Source: Azolla caroliniana (Eukaryota > Plantae > Polypodiophyta). From it: DNA of 64,000 nt. Position numbers and translations under genes: made by a program. The stretch covers positions 72,341 through 136,340 of the forward strand of contig JBHGNT010000067.1 in assembly GCA_043228905.1 (NCBI GenBank), in the 5' to 3' direction. Positions 25,112-39,191 of the stretch are shown in pieces. How positions within the stretch are numbered: the first letter of the stretch is position 1; each line of letters opens with the position of its first letter. The notes under the pieces were generated by a model that saw nothing but the letters and a program-made list of their open reading frames with translations, made no database searches and was not told where the DNA came from.

Positions 25112-26379
25112 TCTAAGTGATGCGAGTATTCTTCTTTGCTAGTGTTTTGTTTTGAAGATGTCATTCATTTTTATTGTAACATGTCGTAAATTTAGACTTC
25201 ATTTTTATGTTGATGATTTTATAGGGCCCACATAAATATCATGTACATAATTAAGGGTATTGGAGCGTTATTTTTTTGAATTGTTTTGCATCTTGCTACC
25301 AATTTTTAATATGAAAGGAGCTTTCATACATATGCATGCAGTGAAAATAGACTTGTTTTATTTCAAGAATTATACAAAGCTAAACTGCTTTAGGTATCTC
25401 TAAGCGATCTTGAATCCCAAATTTCATTTTTTTTTTAATTCAATGTATTTTCACAATGAACTTGTTGTGTCTTAACCAATAAATGAAATATACATATATA
25501 TAATAATGTGATATTCTTTCATTACTCAACCGTGAATGCTCTCTTGTTGAAGAAGCCATTATGTATAATAACGTTATGATGATTCTACTTTGGTACTTTT
25601 CTATGGATAAATGCATCACATTCATAGAAAAGGAAGGTATATTTAAGAGCCTACTCGCAACTTCAACGAAAGGTATTTGAAATATTGCTCTCTCACAATG
25701 CCTATCTCATTTATTTACACCACGACCCATATTAGAGAGAGTGTGTGTTTTTCAATTTTCGCCGCGGCGTGGCCCTTGGGTGGCACCATTAACTAATGTA
25801 GATTTTTTTTCGAAAATGGAAAAGTCGAAGGCTCTAACTTCTTCATTGGTCTTGTTTGGACAATAGAATATGGCAATCTCCTAAATGTCTTTGTCGAAAT
25901 ATCCATATGATAAATTAAACTATTGATGAACTTGCTTTTTTTCCTCTTTCAAAGGGATTTAGTTCACTTTTTGCTTTATAGCATACGTACCTTTACAATA
26001 GTTCATCTTTTGCGGTTTTTTTAAAGATAATGGCTGAGGATTATTTGTATTTTGCACCTTCTAGCATGCAACATGATCAAGTGTAGAGTATCAAATTCTC
26101 TTCGGATAACCAAGGCTAACAATACTCCTAAAATGTTTTCTCTCAAATTTGTAAATGTTTATGCACAATCCACTTTTCTCGCCTTTTTGGGTAACGCTAC
26201 ATTTGGAGACCTTAATGGTAAAGTATATGTGGACTTTGAAGTTTGCAATATGTCAAGAATATAGCATGTGAGAACGAAGGTAAACTCCAAACAAGATGTT
26301 CATACATTGTATGAAAACTTAATGATCAATCTATAACATGCCTATGTGAAACGTACAAAAACGCTTAGAGGTATTAGAT

Positions 26380-26996
26380 GTTTGGAACACAAATTTCCAT
26401 TAGTGTCTTTGTAGTTTTTAGGGATAAGGAAGGAGGTGCAACCATCATGGGAGATATTGAGTAGTGCTATTACATATAACATCTGGAAGGCTTGATGCTC
26501 TCTTGTTTTCCATCAAGTTAGAGTCTCACCAACTTAATTTGCAAATAATATTTGGTTGGACATGGTTCATACTTTGAAGGGTCAATGGGATTGTATAATT
26601 TGAGATTCCGATGATATAGCTGCTCAATGCCATCAATGTCTTACTTTGTGGAAAGCTACTCCAGTGATGTTCTCTTGTGGAAGGCTTGATGCTCTCTTGT
26701 TTTCCATCAAGTTAGAGTCTCGCCAACTTAATTCGCAAATAATATTTGGTTGGACATGGTTCATACTTTGAAGGGTCAATGGGATTGTATTATTTGAGAT
26801 TCGGATGATATAGCTGCTCAACGCCATCAATGTCTTACTTTGTGGAAAGCTACTCCAATGATGTCCTCGAAGAATGGCACTCCTTTTTGGCACTTTCAGC
26901 CACCACGATGGTTGTTCCCTCCTCCGATCACATAGAAATCAAAACTTAGTAAAATGTTCACACTAATGAATGGATATATTTTCATAATAAAAAAAG
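26380..26996 (+). mobile_element. 3' fragment of a LINE (same family as 53999-55382) with an internal 194-bp tandem duplication
   Basis: Shares ggaaggcttg...ttttccatcaagtta...atatttggttggacat.gttcatactttg.agggtcaatgggat and the ...acactaatgaa...A-tail with the 54-kb element. The duplicated segment starts at 26484 and 26678. Confidence 0.8.
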
Positions 26997-27261
26997 GCTT
27001 CGTCTAGTCCCAACATTTCTAATGGAGAGTTTGCGAGAGTTTGTATTGTTAAAACTATTCTCAATAAATATATAATATTTATTTGAATAACTTTATAGTC
27101 TATGAATGTTTGTTGCATATAAATATTTAGACGAAACATCCTTACCTAGTATAACATAAGTACCTTCCATAAATAATTAACGAGCTACGTATGTATTTCC
27201 ACTTGTAATGGATAAATATAATAAGCACGTGTGTGTTATGTGTGTGTGACAAATAAGGAAG

Positions 27262-27266
<5 letters not shown>

Positions 27267-27314
<48 letters not shown>
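27267..27314. repeat. (GA)n microsatellite
   Basis: Pure GA run. Confidence 0.95.
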
Positions 27315-27316
<2 letters not shown>

Positions 27317-30300
27317 GGAATTTGTATGTGAAATGCTTACATGCTTGATGGTAGAGATGGACCTAATGCATATACCATGAAGTTGAAAGCTATTCTTATC
27401 TAGCCTTTTTGGATATTGGAGATCGAGGATTGTTTCCTCAAGTGCATATTCAAGTTTTTGTCATGGTTTTAGAGAGTGTCCCTTTACCTTAAAAGAGAGG
27501 GTTATGTTATCATTTTTACATGCATTTAATATACTTGTATGGTTTATCAAAGAAGGGACAAAGATAAAAAAGGCTTATTAACTTCTACGAGAGACCAAAA
27601 TCAGCTTATAAGAATTTTGGGTGAGGTAGTGTTGAGATGTTTGGATGAGGGACTGTGAGACTGTGAGACTTTTGGGCGAGGGAGTGTTAAGTTTATGTGA
27701 GTGAGTGAGTGAGAGTGTGTATGTGTTTGAGTGAGAGAGACCAAAGACCATAAACTATATTAAGTAAGATGGGGGAATATTGCAATGAATCAACTATAAT
27801 CAACACTTTACAAGAGAGGGACCTCGGCTATAAGAATTTCAATGCAATCTAGTAATCATAGGAGAGTGATTCGGATACCTAACCTATCTAATTCATTCAA
27901 TGCGAAGGTATTTACCATTCATTAAGTAAACGGTGGACTTATAAACACATGCGTGCACGCACGCACACACATGCACTAAGGAGTGTGCGTGGTTGAGCTT
28001 CTTATCTCAACATGCACGACAAACACTATATAGCTCAATTTAGAGCTATTTAGAGGTTGATGAGTGGCCTACAATAGTTGTCAAGCCTCAAGCACAATGT
28101 TTTTTCCTCCCTTTGGGGATTTATGCGGAGTTGTACTAAGGCAACCAATGTTATGTGAACAGGAGGATATTACACATGCTCTTTCTCTAAGACATGGTTT
28201 GATTGTTGATGCGAAAAATGAAATATGTCAAGTGGTATGCAGTATTACATTTGGTATATTTGGAAGACCAAGTGCTTGAAGGTATTACAAAATTTGACAA
28301 AATGGCATGCTCATACAATTACTAGGATTTGGACAAAGATTGTGCATAATCTAAGAGGTTATTTTGAAGGGTGCCACTCAACGTATGGAATTGCAACATT
28401 TTGAGTTTCATGACGTTGGGATAAAATCATATTTTGTAGGCAAGTTTTTGACAAGGTGGATTGGTTTTACTCTACACCAAAGTATTTATTTAAGCAAATA
28501 GTTAGAACTAAACCTTTGTCTTCAAATACGGGTAATTACATGTATGTACATATTCCATGGGGTATTTCTTAATTATCTTATAGTAATTCTCTCTTGAACA
28601 AAAAACATTAATGTGGAAACCCTTGCAATTTGAGTATTGTCTACGACTTCCTTGGCTTTCTTGTTGACTTTATCTTTTACGTATGCCTCTGTCAAAGATG
28701 TTATCTTGATTTCAAGTGGATTCTAGTGGCCAACTTGAATTTCAATTCAAACCCAATAATTCACTTTGATTTGATCCAAACACTATATCATTAGTCTCTA
28801 TGTTTTGTCACCACTTGGTTAAAATGCACTATTTTTTTCGAATAGATAGAAAAATGTCAAAAAGATACTGTGAAATTTTGTCCTTGTAATAACTTCAAAA
28901 GAAACTAGTGAAATGAAGCAACGCCGAGCGTCTGCATAGAAGTTATTTTCTATAATCCTGCTATAGAAATTCTCGTACTCTCATCATCATTTGTAAAGAA
29001 AAACAAATATTTTCAAATCATCCACGAATTTTATTATTTCTGCGATGTTATCTAACGTGGTGATATAACTTTCTCCATTTTGGTATCTTGTGGTTATGTT
29101 TTTAACTCCAAACAAGTATTTGTGCAAGTACATCCTACATATCTTTTTGTCATACACTTCTTACTATGTAAAATCACAAAGGTAGTTAATGTATTAGAAA
29201 TAATTACCATAGTATCATAATCATTCTCCAATCATATATTTTCTCTAGTGGCTCTATTTATTTTTGGTATTAGTGCCTCCTTCAAACCTTACTTTTCCTT
29301 GCATCAAGTCATCACCTTTCTCACAGTATCACAAAGATTTCATGGGTGCAAACACGTTTTAACTTTATGTTTGTAATTTGAGCATTTATCTTTCTTGAGT
29401 TTCTCTAATTTGTATACTTGCACGGACAATCTTTTTAATTCTCAATTCATACCTCAATCAATATAGACGACACTCACATGCACAATAATGAGACTCAAAG
29501 TCTTTCTTTTCCGAACAACATTTGTCGTCATCACATAAAATGATATTTACATCAATTCAATGTGACTAGACACTATAACATATGTATATTGCATCAAACC
29601 GAAACTCACATCAAACCTTTAACTATATGATTGTAATTAGACTTGGAATTGAACAAAAGCCATCAACTAGCACGTGCATTCACTAAAGTTGATCCATTGA
29701 GCCTCCTTTATACATTTGTGTCTCGACTCTCAAGTGAACACACGACATGTGCCATGTCACTTGTCTTATACATACTCCATCTTGATAGATCCTAGATATG
29801 ATGCGACAAGTAAACTAGCTTATGTACCTTTGATGTATGAGTAATACAATAACAAGGCCTTTGGTCCAAATTTAGACAAAGTCTCTTCTAATTCATATCA
29901 TTACTACTTGCAATGACAGACTCTCGTTTTTATTCATAAGGTTTATTTTAACTAAATTCTTGCAATGATTGACTCTCTAGCCACACATTATTATGTTTGT
30001 CACTCCTAATTAATGGCAATATATAGAATTTCAGTCCTTTCATACAAATTTGATAGTGATGATTCCTTTGATGTAGATGATATTTACTTAGGAAATATTG
30101 CAAGGACTTCCAAGGTCACAATTTTGAAAGTCACCCCTCAACACTCCAAATTGTTTTGTCGGGCATGGATTGCAACTTAATGGCAAACACATGATGTACA
30201 TTTTCTTAGTTTGAAACCCTATGTGAAGAAGTTTGAAAAGGCTCCTAGATTGTGGTACAAATACCAAAACCTCGACGAACAATTTGAAAATTGCACAAAT

Positions 30301-32564
30301 TGCTCCATAGTATCGTCACTTGCCGCTTCATAAACACTAGTTAACATCCTCTCCCAACTTTTTAGTTTTCATGAATCATCATCACTTTCTAGAATAAGAG
30401 ATTATCATTCTAACGTGATGTTTAACTCTCTAAATATCTTATATACATATGCTATAAACAACATAATTCATTTTGCATATAATGTTAATTTTTGTGAACG
30501 TGAAATTCATTCTATTATTTTGTGCGTGGAGGTCAAATATGACATATGGAACCAGAGTACGCAACACTTTCCATGCTAGTGTGTAGAAACTGATAATTGA
30601 CTCTCATTGTTCAAGATTTTTTTTTTATGCGCATTACAATTCAGATGTGAACATTACGAGCAAGAGAGAAAGGTGTGCAAGGATATGTTAGGGCCGAAAA
30701 TTCATGCAGAGAAATTTTTAATGCAATCAAATGTGGTGTATTAATTACAACATAATCTTAGATTTGGGAACTTGTTTGGTGCCACCGATGATCATGTTGC
30801 ATGGGATAGTATGATCTATGGAAACAACTATGCAAAAATTAGGGAAAGGGATAAAAGGGCATGCACATGCATTTGTGATTGTAGTTTAGAGAAGAAGATG
30901 GTTTTGCAGTTTCTCGTAACTCATGTAATATAATTGCGTGAAGTTTAAGCATTTGATCTCTCCTAATTTGTCATACATTTGCTTTGGAAAAAATGTTTTT
31001 TCCATCAAGAAATCCATTGTGCATGATAAAACAAGTGCCACAATGTAACACAAGCACGTAGGCTTCCTTTTTTTCAGGGAGGGGTGGGATTATCAAAGCC
31101 TTAGCATAGCACATTTTAAATGAGGGACTAAGCTTGTGTATTGTAGAAATAATGCAATAGCAGATAAAATCAAGGAAAAATGATGGTGAGCACTAAGCAC
31201 TAAGGACTGTAGTCTGTGGGTATGAGTACATAAAACTTCGTGGTCAAACCCTTATCAACAATGGATATGCTTTTCACAATAAACCAAGGTAGTTAATAAC
31301 GGTAAAGTGTCATGAGTGAAATCCGTACATTTACATGGACAACTTACGAAATCTCCTCGATGAAAGTTATTTATCAAAGATAAATTTGTTACATTTATCA
31401 CTGTAATATATCATTGGCATGTATGAGAGACGGAGGGATGGAGAGAGATCTTATCCACATATCATTGCGTATAGAAATACATGGTAATAAATCGTCATGA
31501 TTTCTGCCTTTCATAGTTGGAGTTTGGATTGTCTTTAATCACCATTATTATATTTAACATTTGCTTTTTATCAAGGAAAAACCAAACTGTGCATAATATA
31601 TGTAGTAGAATTTGGATAACATGTATGTGCCCTTACTTTTGAAACTTCTGATAGACAAGCTTCTAATCACAACTTAGCTTTTAATCCTAAGCGAAATTAG
31701 CTAATTGGTCATATGTCAGGACACTTTGCCCACTTTTTGAGGAGAAGCGTAATTTAACGAAATTAGCTTAATGATGTATATCGATGTGCTTAACCTTATA
31801 ATTTTAAGGGAGTAACAACCTTTGTCTCCCTTATGTTTGTACATCTAATTATGTGAAATGTATTCGTACCATTACTATTGTTGTTGTTGCTACTACTACT
31901 ATGTTTCAAATTCGTCCTGTTAGTCTTATTTAACTACTTAGGACGATAATACAATCTCATTCATTCAGTTTGTCTTCCTCATGTTTGCTTTCTTGACATG
32001 ACAATGCTTTTGACTCAAAGATATTCATGAGAGGATAGTGACTATATGAAAATGTTCAAGCATGGTGGCATTGGCCAGAATTTTGACACTTTGAGGAAGA
32101 TAATAAGATCTCCCTCTCTCGCTCTCTCGTGTGTTGGGTGTAAAGCATTACTCTAAGAAGTGGTGGTTGTTCTCGATGATTTCATCAGAACAAGAAGAAG
32201 CGAAGCGTTCCCAAGAATGCTACAACATTGGATAAAAAAGGGTGAGGTGGGGGGGGGGGGGGGGTTGTGTGGAATATGGAAAAGCTTAGGGGTATCGAGT
32301 GCAAATAAAGGAAAACCGAGAGGGTATTTCCTCGCTGGATAAATTAAAGACAAAAGAGAACGCGGAAAAACAAAACAAGAGAAAACAGTCAAAAGCAAAA
32401 AGCAAAAAGCAAACAAAGAACAATGCATAAAGAAAAAAAAAAAGATGAAGCCCAAAAAAGTGTAATAATGGCGCGGGCGGGAAAGCAAAGGGACACGTCA
32501 CCAGATTGGGCTTTTCCTTAAATTTGGGAGGATATAAAAATAAAATATGTATGCGAAATAAAAG

Positions 32565-32736
32565 ACATAAATAAACAAATAAACAAACAGATAAACAAAT
32601 AAACAAACAAATAAATAAATAAACAAACAAATAAATAAACAAACAATTAAATATGTAAATAAGTAAATCAATAAATAGCTAAATAAATAAGTAAATAGCG
32701 TGCAAGAGTTGTACTAATTAAAATATGCATGCGAAA

Positions 32737-32779
<43 letters not shown>

Positions 32780-32780
32780 A
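32565..32780. repeat. (AAAT/AAAC)n compound microsatellite upstream of KCS
   Basis: Seen directly. aagagttgtactaattaaa is repeated twice within or next to it. Confidence 0.85.
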
Positions 32781-33356
32781 GAGTTGTACTAATTAAATGC
32801 GGAGTTAGTGCAGGCAGTCACGTGAGATAGTAAAGGGAGGAGACGTTCTAGAGAGAGAGAGAGAGTGTATGTAGAGAGAGAATCTATAGATAGAGACCAA
32901 TCATAAAACGGAAGAAAATGGGCCGACTTGTTTACGACAACGACTTGGCACCAATACATACACATAACATACTAGCATCGCATTTATGTACGTACGTATG
33001 CATATATACATACATATACGTATATACGTACGTACACCATGAAACCGTAACACAATACATAACATTATACGTAGAGCAAAAACCCTATTATACTATACTA
33101 CTTACTATACATATGTATAGTACATATATTACACACTTCCTCATAATACCATATGCATGCATATATATAATATCCATCCATCCATCCTGCATATACATAA
33201 TACATATACGTCGCTGCTCGCTCAGAGGCCATCTCCATCTCCATCTCCATCTCCATGGTCATACATACCTTCGATGTCTTTCTAGTCTAAGCTCTCGCTA
33301 ACACACACAGATCCTCACATCTCTGTATCCACATAAACTCTCTGCATCTCTCTGCA

Positions 33357-33388
<32 letters not shown>

Positions 33389-33391
33389 GCC

Positions 33392-34816
33392 ATGGAGCTT
33401 ACTCCCATCAGAACTAACCATGAGCTTCTTCCCCCTCCCCTCACATCCTCCTCCTACTCCTCCTTCCTCCTCTCCGTTTATTACGCCATTCTCCCTGCCA
33501 TGCTTCTTTTCTTCTTCTTCTTCTTCTTCTTACGCAGACGGCATCACCGTGTCTTCATGCTCGACTTCACGTGCTTCAAGCCACAGCCGTCGGAGAAGCT
33601 GAGCGTGAGCCTGGCGGAGATAGAGCGGCGCCTGATCGCGACGGGCATGTTCAGCCAGGCGAGCCTGGAGTTCCAGCGAAAGGTCCTAGAGCGGTCAGGG
33701 CTGGGGGACGAGACCTTCGCGCCGCCGGCGCTGATCCGGAGCTACCCGAAGCCGGACATGACAATGCGGGGCTCCAGACTGGAGGCGGAGATGGTGCTCT
33801 TCGGGGCCATCGACGACCTGCTGGAGAAGACTGGGGTGAAGGCGGAGGAGATCGACGTGCTGGTGGTGAACTGCGGGCTGTTCGCGCCCACGCCATCGCT
33901 GTGCGCGGTGGTGGTGAACAGGTACGGGATGAGGCCGGACATAAGGACGTTCAATCTGTCCGGGATGGGCTGCAGCGCGGGGGTGGTGGCCACGGACCTG
34001 GCGAGGCGGATCCTGAACGTGAGGGAAGGCGCCATGGCGATGGTGATCACTATGGAGAACATAACGCAGAGCGGGTATACGGGGAACGACAGGTCGAAGC
34101 TGCTGCCCAACTGCATCTTTCGGATGGGCGGGGCGGCGTGTCTTTTGAGAAGTGGACATCGGAGGCGGCCGGACAAGTCCAAGTCGAAAGCGGCGGCGAA
34201 GTATGAGCTGGTTCACACGGTGAGGACGCATATGGGCGCGGACGACGGGGCGTACCGGAGCGTGTACATGGAGGAAGACGAGGCCGGGCAGGTGGGCGTG
34301 ACGCTGTCCAAGGAGCTCAAAGTGGTGGCGGCCACGCTGCTGCGCACGCACATGGTGACGCTGGGCCCAATGGTCCTGCCGGCGGCGGAGATTGTCCGCT
34401 TCGCCGTGGGCTTCGTGGCCAGCCGCCTTGGGATGTCCGGCAAGCTCCGCGTCCCGGACTTCACGACCGCGTTCCAGCACGTGTGCGTCCACGCCGGCGG
34501 GAAGGCGGTCCTGGACAAACTGCAGGAGAGCCTCCGGCTCGGGAAGTGGCACATGGAGCCGTCCCGCATGACCCTCTATCGGTTCGGCAACACTTCTTCC
34601 TCCTCCCCATGGTACGAGTTCGCGTACCTTGAAGCCCAGGGCCGCGTGTCCCGTGGTCACCGCATCTGGCAGCTCTCCTTCGGCTCAGGCTTCAAGTGCA
34701 ACAGCGCCGTCTGGAAGTCCCTCGTGTCCGTCCCCCCTAAAGACCCTCGTAACCCGTGGTCTGACTTCATCGACAAGTGCCCCATCGATGTCCCGTCCAT
34801 TAGACCCTTGTCCTAG
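33392..34816 (+). CDS. KCS: 3-ketoacyl-CoA synthase (FAE1/KCS family, very-long-chain fatty acid elongase), intronless
   Basis: 474-aa ORF with an N-terminal TM segment, FNLSGMGCSAG (catalytic Cys), HVCVHAGGKAVLD, TLYRFGNTSSSS and WQLSFGSGFKCNSAVW. Confidence 0.97.
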   Translation: MELTPIRTNHELLPPPLTSSSYSSFLLSVYYAILPAMLLFFFFFFFLRRRHHRVFMLDFTCFKPQPSEKLSVSLAEIERRLIATGMFSQASLEFQRKVLERSGLGDETFAPPALIRSYPKPDMTMRGSRLEAEMVLFGAIDDLLEKTGVKAEEIDVLVVNCGLFAPTPSLCAVVVNRYGMRPDIRTFNLSGMGCSAGVVATDLARRILNVREGAMAMVITMENITQSGYTGNDRSKLLPNCIFRMGGAACLLRSGHRRRPDKSKSKAAAKYELVHTVRTHMGADDGAYRSVYMEEDEAGQVGVTLSKELKVVAATLLRTHMVTLGPMVLPAAEIVRFAVGFVASRLGMSGKLRVPDFTTAFQHVCVHAGGKAVLDKLQESLRLGKWHMEPSRMTLYRFGNTSSSSPWYEFAYLEAQGRVSRGHRIWQLSFGSGFKCNSAVWKSLVSVPPKDPRNPWSDFIDKCPIDVPSIRPLS

Positions 34817-34910
34817 TCTTATTACACTTCTATTACTACTACCTAGTCTACTAGTACTAGTAGTGTCCAAAACTCCCCCCTGCTGACCGGAGAGACCCAT
34901 CCGATGCCCT

Positions 34911-35045
34911 TGTGCCTTAATTAAGTCTCACATCGCACCATCCAATGCGAATGCCCTTGTTGTGTGCCTTAACTAAGTCTCACATGGTACCATCCAATGC
35001 CGGACTTGTGTGCCTTAACTAAGTCTCACATGGCACCTCCATGCC
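34911..35045. repeat. Three ~46-52-bp tandem repeats in the KCS 3' region
   Basis: tgtgccttaa.taagtctcacat.g.acc at 34911, 34963 and 35009. Confidence 0.85.
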
Positions 35046-38000
35046 TCCCCGTATGTTTAATTTCCTAGTTTGAATCCCCCACCAATGCCCACGATATCGA
35101 CATGTGCCTTGTCAATCAAGCACATTGAATGCTCCTCCTTCCTCCTCCCCTTCCCTCCGCAGCGAAAACTTTTTTTTTTATATTTATTACATTTTTACCA
35201 CTATATTGTTATGTCTTTCGTGCCTCCCCTAGTTATTGTTATTAGGAGTTTGGAGACACTGCCCCCCTCTTCTCCTTCTGTTGAATGTGAATTGCGAATA
35301 AATGAATATGAATGGTGTGAGTTGAATTGTCCAGCTTTTTGCATGTGTACAAACACTTTTTGATGTGAAAGTACGATGACTTTCCTAGATTGTGCTGGTG
35401 CCTTGGTTTCCATCATTGTTGTAGATGCTATCCTCATTTGTTGATTGTGAATCGTAAATAATTTAATGTTAATGGTGTGAATGGAATTGCTTTCAACTGC
35501 CCAGCCTTTTTGTATGTGTACCAAAACTTTCAGAAGTACGTTGTTTTGTCTATGAAGTCCTAGAATGTGTTTGTGCCTCGTGGTTTAAAACTATGCGGAA
35601 TGTGTTATGGTGCTCCTAAGAGAGAAGTTAAAGGTAAAATAGTCATAAGGCCAAATTCCCCGTCGGACTACTTGAGAGGTGTCTTTGGCACCTTGCACTT
35701 TGTTACTGTTTCTGTTTCGTCGTTTGTCCACTCTATTTATTATAGCTTATTGATTAGTCAAATGTGAAATGTTGTGGAATTTTCTCGATGACACAAGAAA
35801 TGGCCTCCCTTGAAGTGAGAACATCTCTGGATAAATGTTCAATGTCATAATTGACTGGAAAACCTTTGGCAAATCAAAGTCACCATTGATACCTTTTGTC
35901 AGAGTTTGATAAAAATAACTGTCTGGATAGGCTTGAGATTGATATAGAGAATCCTTGACAATGAATACCCTTCCATAAATGTCCTTGTGCAAACCTGTTG
36001 AAAGTAAGGTAAGGAGTATGATTCGACAATACAACTACTGAGGTAATTGAGCAAGGGGCCAAAATAGATCATAAATTGAACAAAAAGGGCACATGCTGTT
36101 GCCCTGGACAACGGTTTGACTAAACATCATATGGACACATCATGAAACTCACAAACGTTTTTGCTGATCTTTTAAATTTCTCATTAGCTACATTTTCTGA
36201 TTGTGTATAGTGAAATCTTTGTGGTGTTTGCTTGTGTGAAAGGGTATTTTATTTTGGTCTCTTCATTTACGGAATTTGAATCCTCTATTGTTACGATGGC
36301 GTAAGAGACAATGATTCAAGAATCCATTTGTAGTAAAACTTGATGGAGTATATCTATATGATGTTATCGATGATCTATAAACATTGGTTCTAAGTTAATC
36401 ATAGCGGTGGGGTTCTTGTCTTCATTAACTTGTTTGTCAAACTTCTGCATATCCTTTCACCTCTGGACATTACCCTAGTTTAGGAACAATTCTGCAATTA
36501 AATGATAAGTTATACATTTAGAAACTTGATATTTCGCTCAAAAAGCAATACATCTCAAGAGCTTCGGGTAGGTTTGTTCATGAAGTTCCAAATGTTTTGC
36601 AAATACTAAAGATGCCCTTGCAAAATATAGTAAACCTAAACCCAAACGACTTTTGACAAATGGGAAGAGAATACGTAGGAACATGTGGCTACTCACTCTA
36701 AGGAACTTGACAAATTGACCCTTTTAAGTTTGGGTGAAGGGTGCTTTCTCTAAGGGGAGGTGTGAAGAGTCTATTACTAATCTATTTACCTTATTTTACT
36801 TATTTTGATCTATTGATTAGTAGTAGACTGTTAGGCCCCTTAAATAGATGTGCCTTTCTAAAAGACTCTCCATTCATTGGTTGTCAAGATCATGATAGTG
36901 CATGCACCTATCGCTCATTCTATCTAGTCACATTAGTCCCTTTCTAATATTCGTGATTATACCCTTCACTTATGTAAATATTAATGACCTACCCTCACCT
37001 ACGTTATGTGTACATAATAGGCGGTCATAATAAGCAGGCCCAAATGTTTATTTACTAAAACCATAGGCCTTCATGAAGATTGTAAGCTGTTGATAGAGAC
37101 TCCTTTGAATGAAAAAACCCACAACACCCAAGGAATCCCTTTGTGCAACATCTCGATCTTCTAATTATCTTGTAGGTAGTGTGTGATGTTTCGATTTTCA
37201 AATTGGCAATCTGGTTAATGGTTGCCTAGCCTCCATCATCAGCCTTTGCTATTGCAATATTCTCTCAATCATTGCTACCATCATATGTATCTCGCGATCA
37301 TGATTCTCCATATCTTTGCCAATTGTTCATATCGAGTTCATCAAATTTATCTTGACGATTCACTACATACGGTTGCATGCATGTGTGGCTCTGTCAAGAT
37401 TCTTAACCAAGAGAGAGATTAAGTAGTGTATGAGCAAGTGGAATAATAAGAATTAGAAACAAGATAATAGAGTAAGTAATAGAAATTTGATGATAATAAA
37501 TTATAATAAAAGACTTTGTTTAAAATTGATTGATTGTAGGATCTATAGTGAAGATTGAATAGAAAAGATATTGATTACACTAGTTTGATTGTGTGATTGG
37601 TAGTAGAACTTGACTAGCAAAAGAATATTGGTCCCTTACTACCTACTTGTTTCCTCACCTCTTTTGCTTGAGTTTGCATAGGTTCCTTTCTCTCTAACTT
37701 TACCTTTTTTTAAATTTGGCTTGAGAAATCTATTGCAAGGAGGGAAATACTAGTAATCATTTGGCATCTTAAAGTCGAGAAATATACATGTGTTTTGTTG
37801 TTATCCAATTTCTAATCCATGTGTGAATGTGTATTTATGATTTCACAATTTTACATTTTGATGTGCTAATGTGCACGATTTCATGTACATTCACTTGTGA
37901 TCTAAACCAAGCTTGTTTTAGATATAGTTCACACTATGTGCCAGAGGCAACACGACAATTACAATGCTTCCAATTTGTCTTGGGGCGGGGTTCCAAAAAT

Positions 38001-39052
38001 GGACGCATGACAATAATAGGTGGATGTGGATCGTTTTCTAAGAAATATAAATATTGCGATTATAGGAAAGGGTCTAAAGTAACTATACTAGCATAACCTA
38101 ACCCTCTTTAATAAATAGTGATATGAATATTAATCATATCATATAAATATGATGGTCAATGTGTATATAGACTAGAAAGCAAATAAATAGAAAAGCTAGA
38201 ATAAGTCACCCATGTCTCCATGATACAATCAAGGCATTTTAGCTTCTAAAAATATTAGAAACACTCAAAGCAAAATCAATATTCACAACATAGGTTGCAT
38301 GCTCCCACGAATGGGAGGCACTTTTTCCAGCTATCAAAGAAGCATCATTGGAATCAAAGATAGATAGATTGCCATTCTATTGATGATTGATTGTTCATTC
38401 CATGTGAAGTATGTAAAAAAGACTAGAAAACACGAACGTATTGTGAACTTTGTCGATTATCCACATAAGATACTTGTAAGTTCTAGAGTAACATTCGAGT
38501 AATACCCATAACTAGTAAAAAAATCCATGGGAGTAAAACATTGATTGGTTCAACAACTTAAAAAAGGGAGGTTCTTTGCTGGAGTTGGGGTACAAAGAAA
38601 AGTGATTTTACATTGTGAGTTCAATGAGGTTCACGAGTTCTTGGGTCGAAAAGTAGAGGATTTATAATCACCGTCAAAACAGTTGGCACCATCTATATTG
38701 CCACCAAGACTCTGGTTATACAAGCAGTTTCATGAGGAAGCGCACGTTTTCCACGTGATCTAACAGACCCCAAGGAAAAAGCACCACGTGTCCCTGGGTG
38801 TCCGATGGAAAAGATTTGAAGTTACCGATTGATTGCAAGTGGACCAAAATCCAATGTCATGCCGGAATGAATGTCCGACCAGACCGGCCTTCGGGTTTTT
38901 TTGGCCGCCTTTCGGCCAACGAAGAAAAAGCACACATCAAGTCTCTTTGGAGAGAGAGAGAGAGAAGAAGAAGAAGAAGAAGACACACTTCATATTCTTC
39001 TTCTTCTTTTCAATTTTCTTCAAAAGGTTCATCTAAAATTGTACAGAAACAG

Positions 39053-39055
<3 letters not shown>

Positions 39056-39133
<78 letters not shown>
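39056..39133. repeat. Long (CA)n microsatellite in the SDR 5' leader
   Basis: About 39 uninterrupted CA units, ending ~60 bp before the ATG. Confidence 0.95.
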
Positions 39134-39138
<5 letters not shown>

Positions 39139-39191
39139 CAGAGCCAGAGACAGAGACACACAGAAACAGAGCCATACAGACTCTCACGCAC

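Noticed and set aside
33571-34900. Long overlapping/antisense ORFs (211 aa, 321 aa and others) in KCS
   Set aside because: Shadow frames caused by high GC3, with no recognisable motifs.
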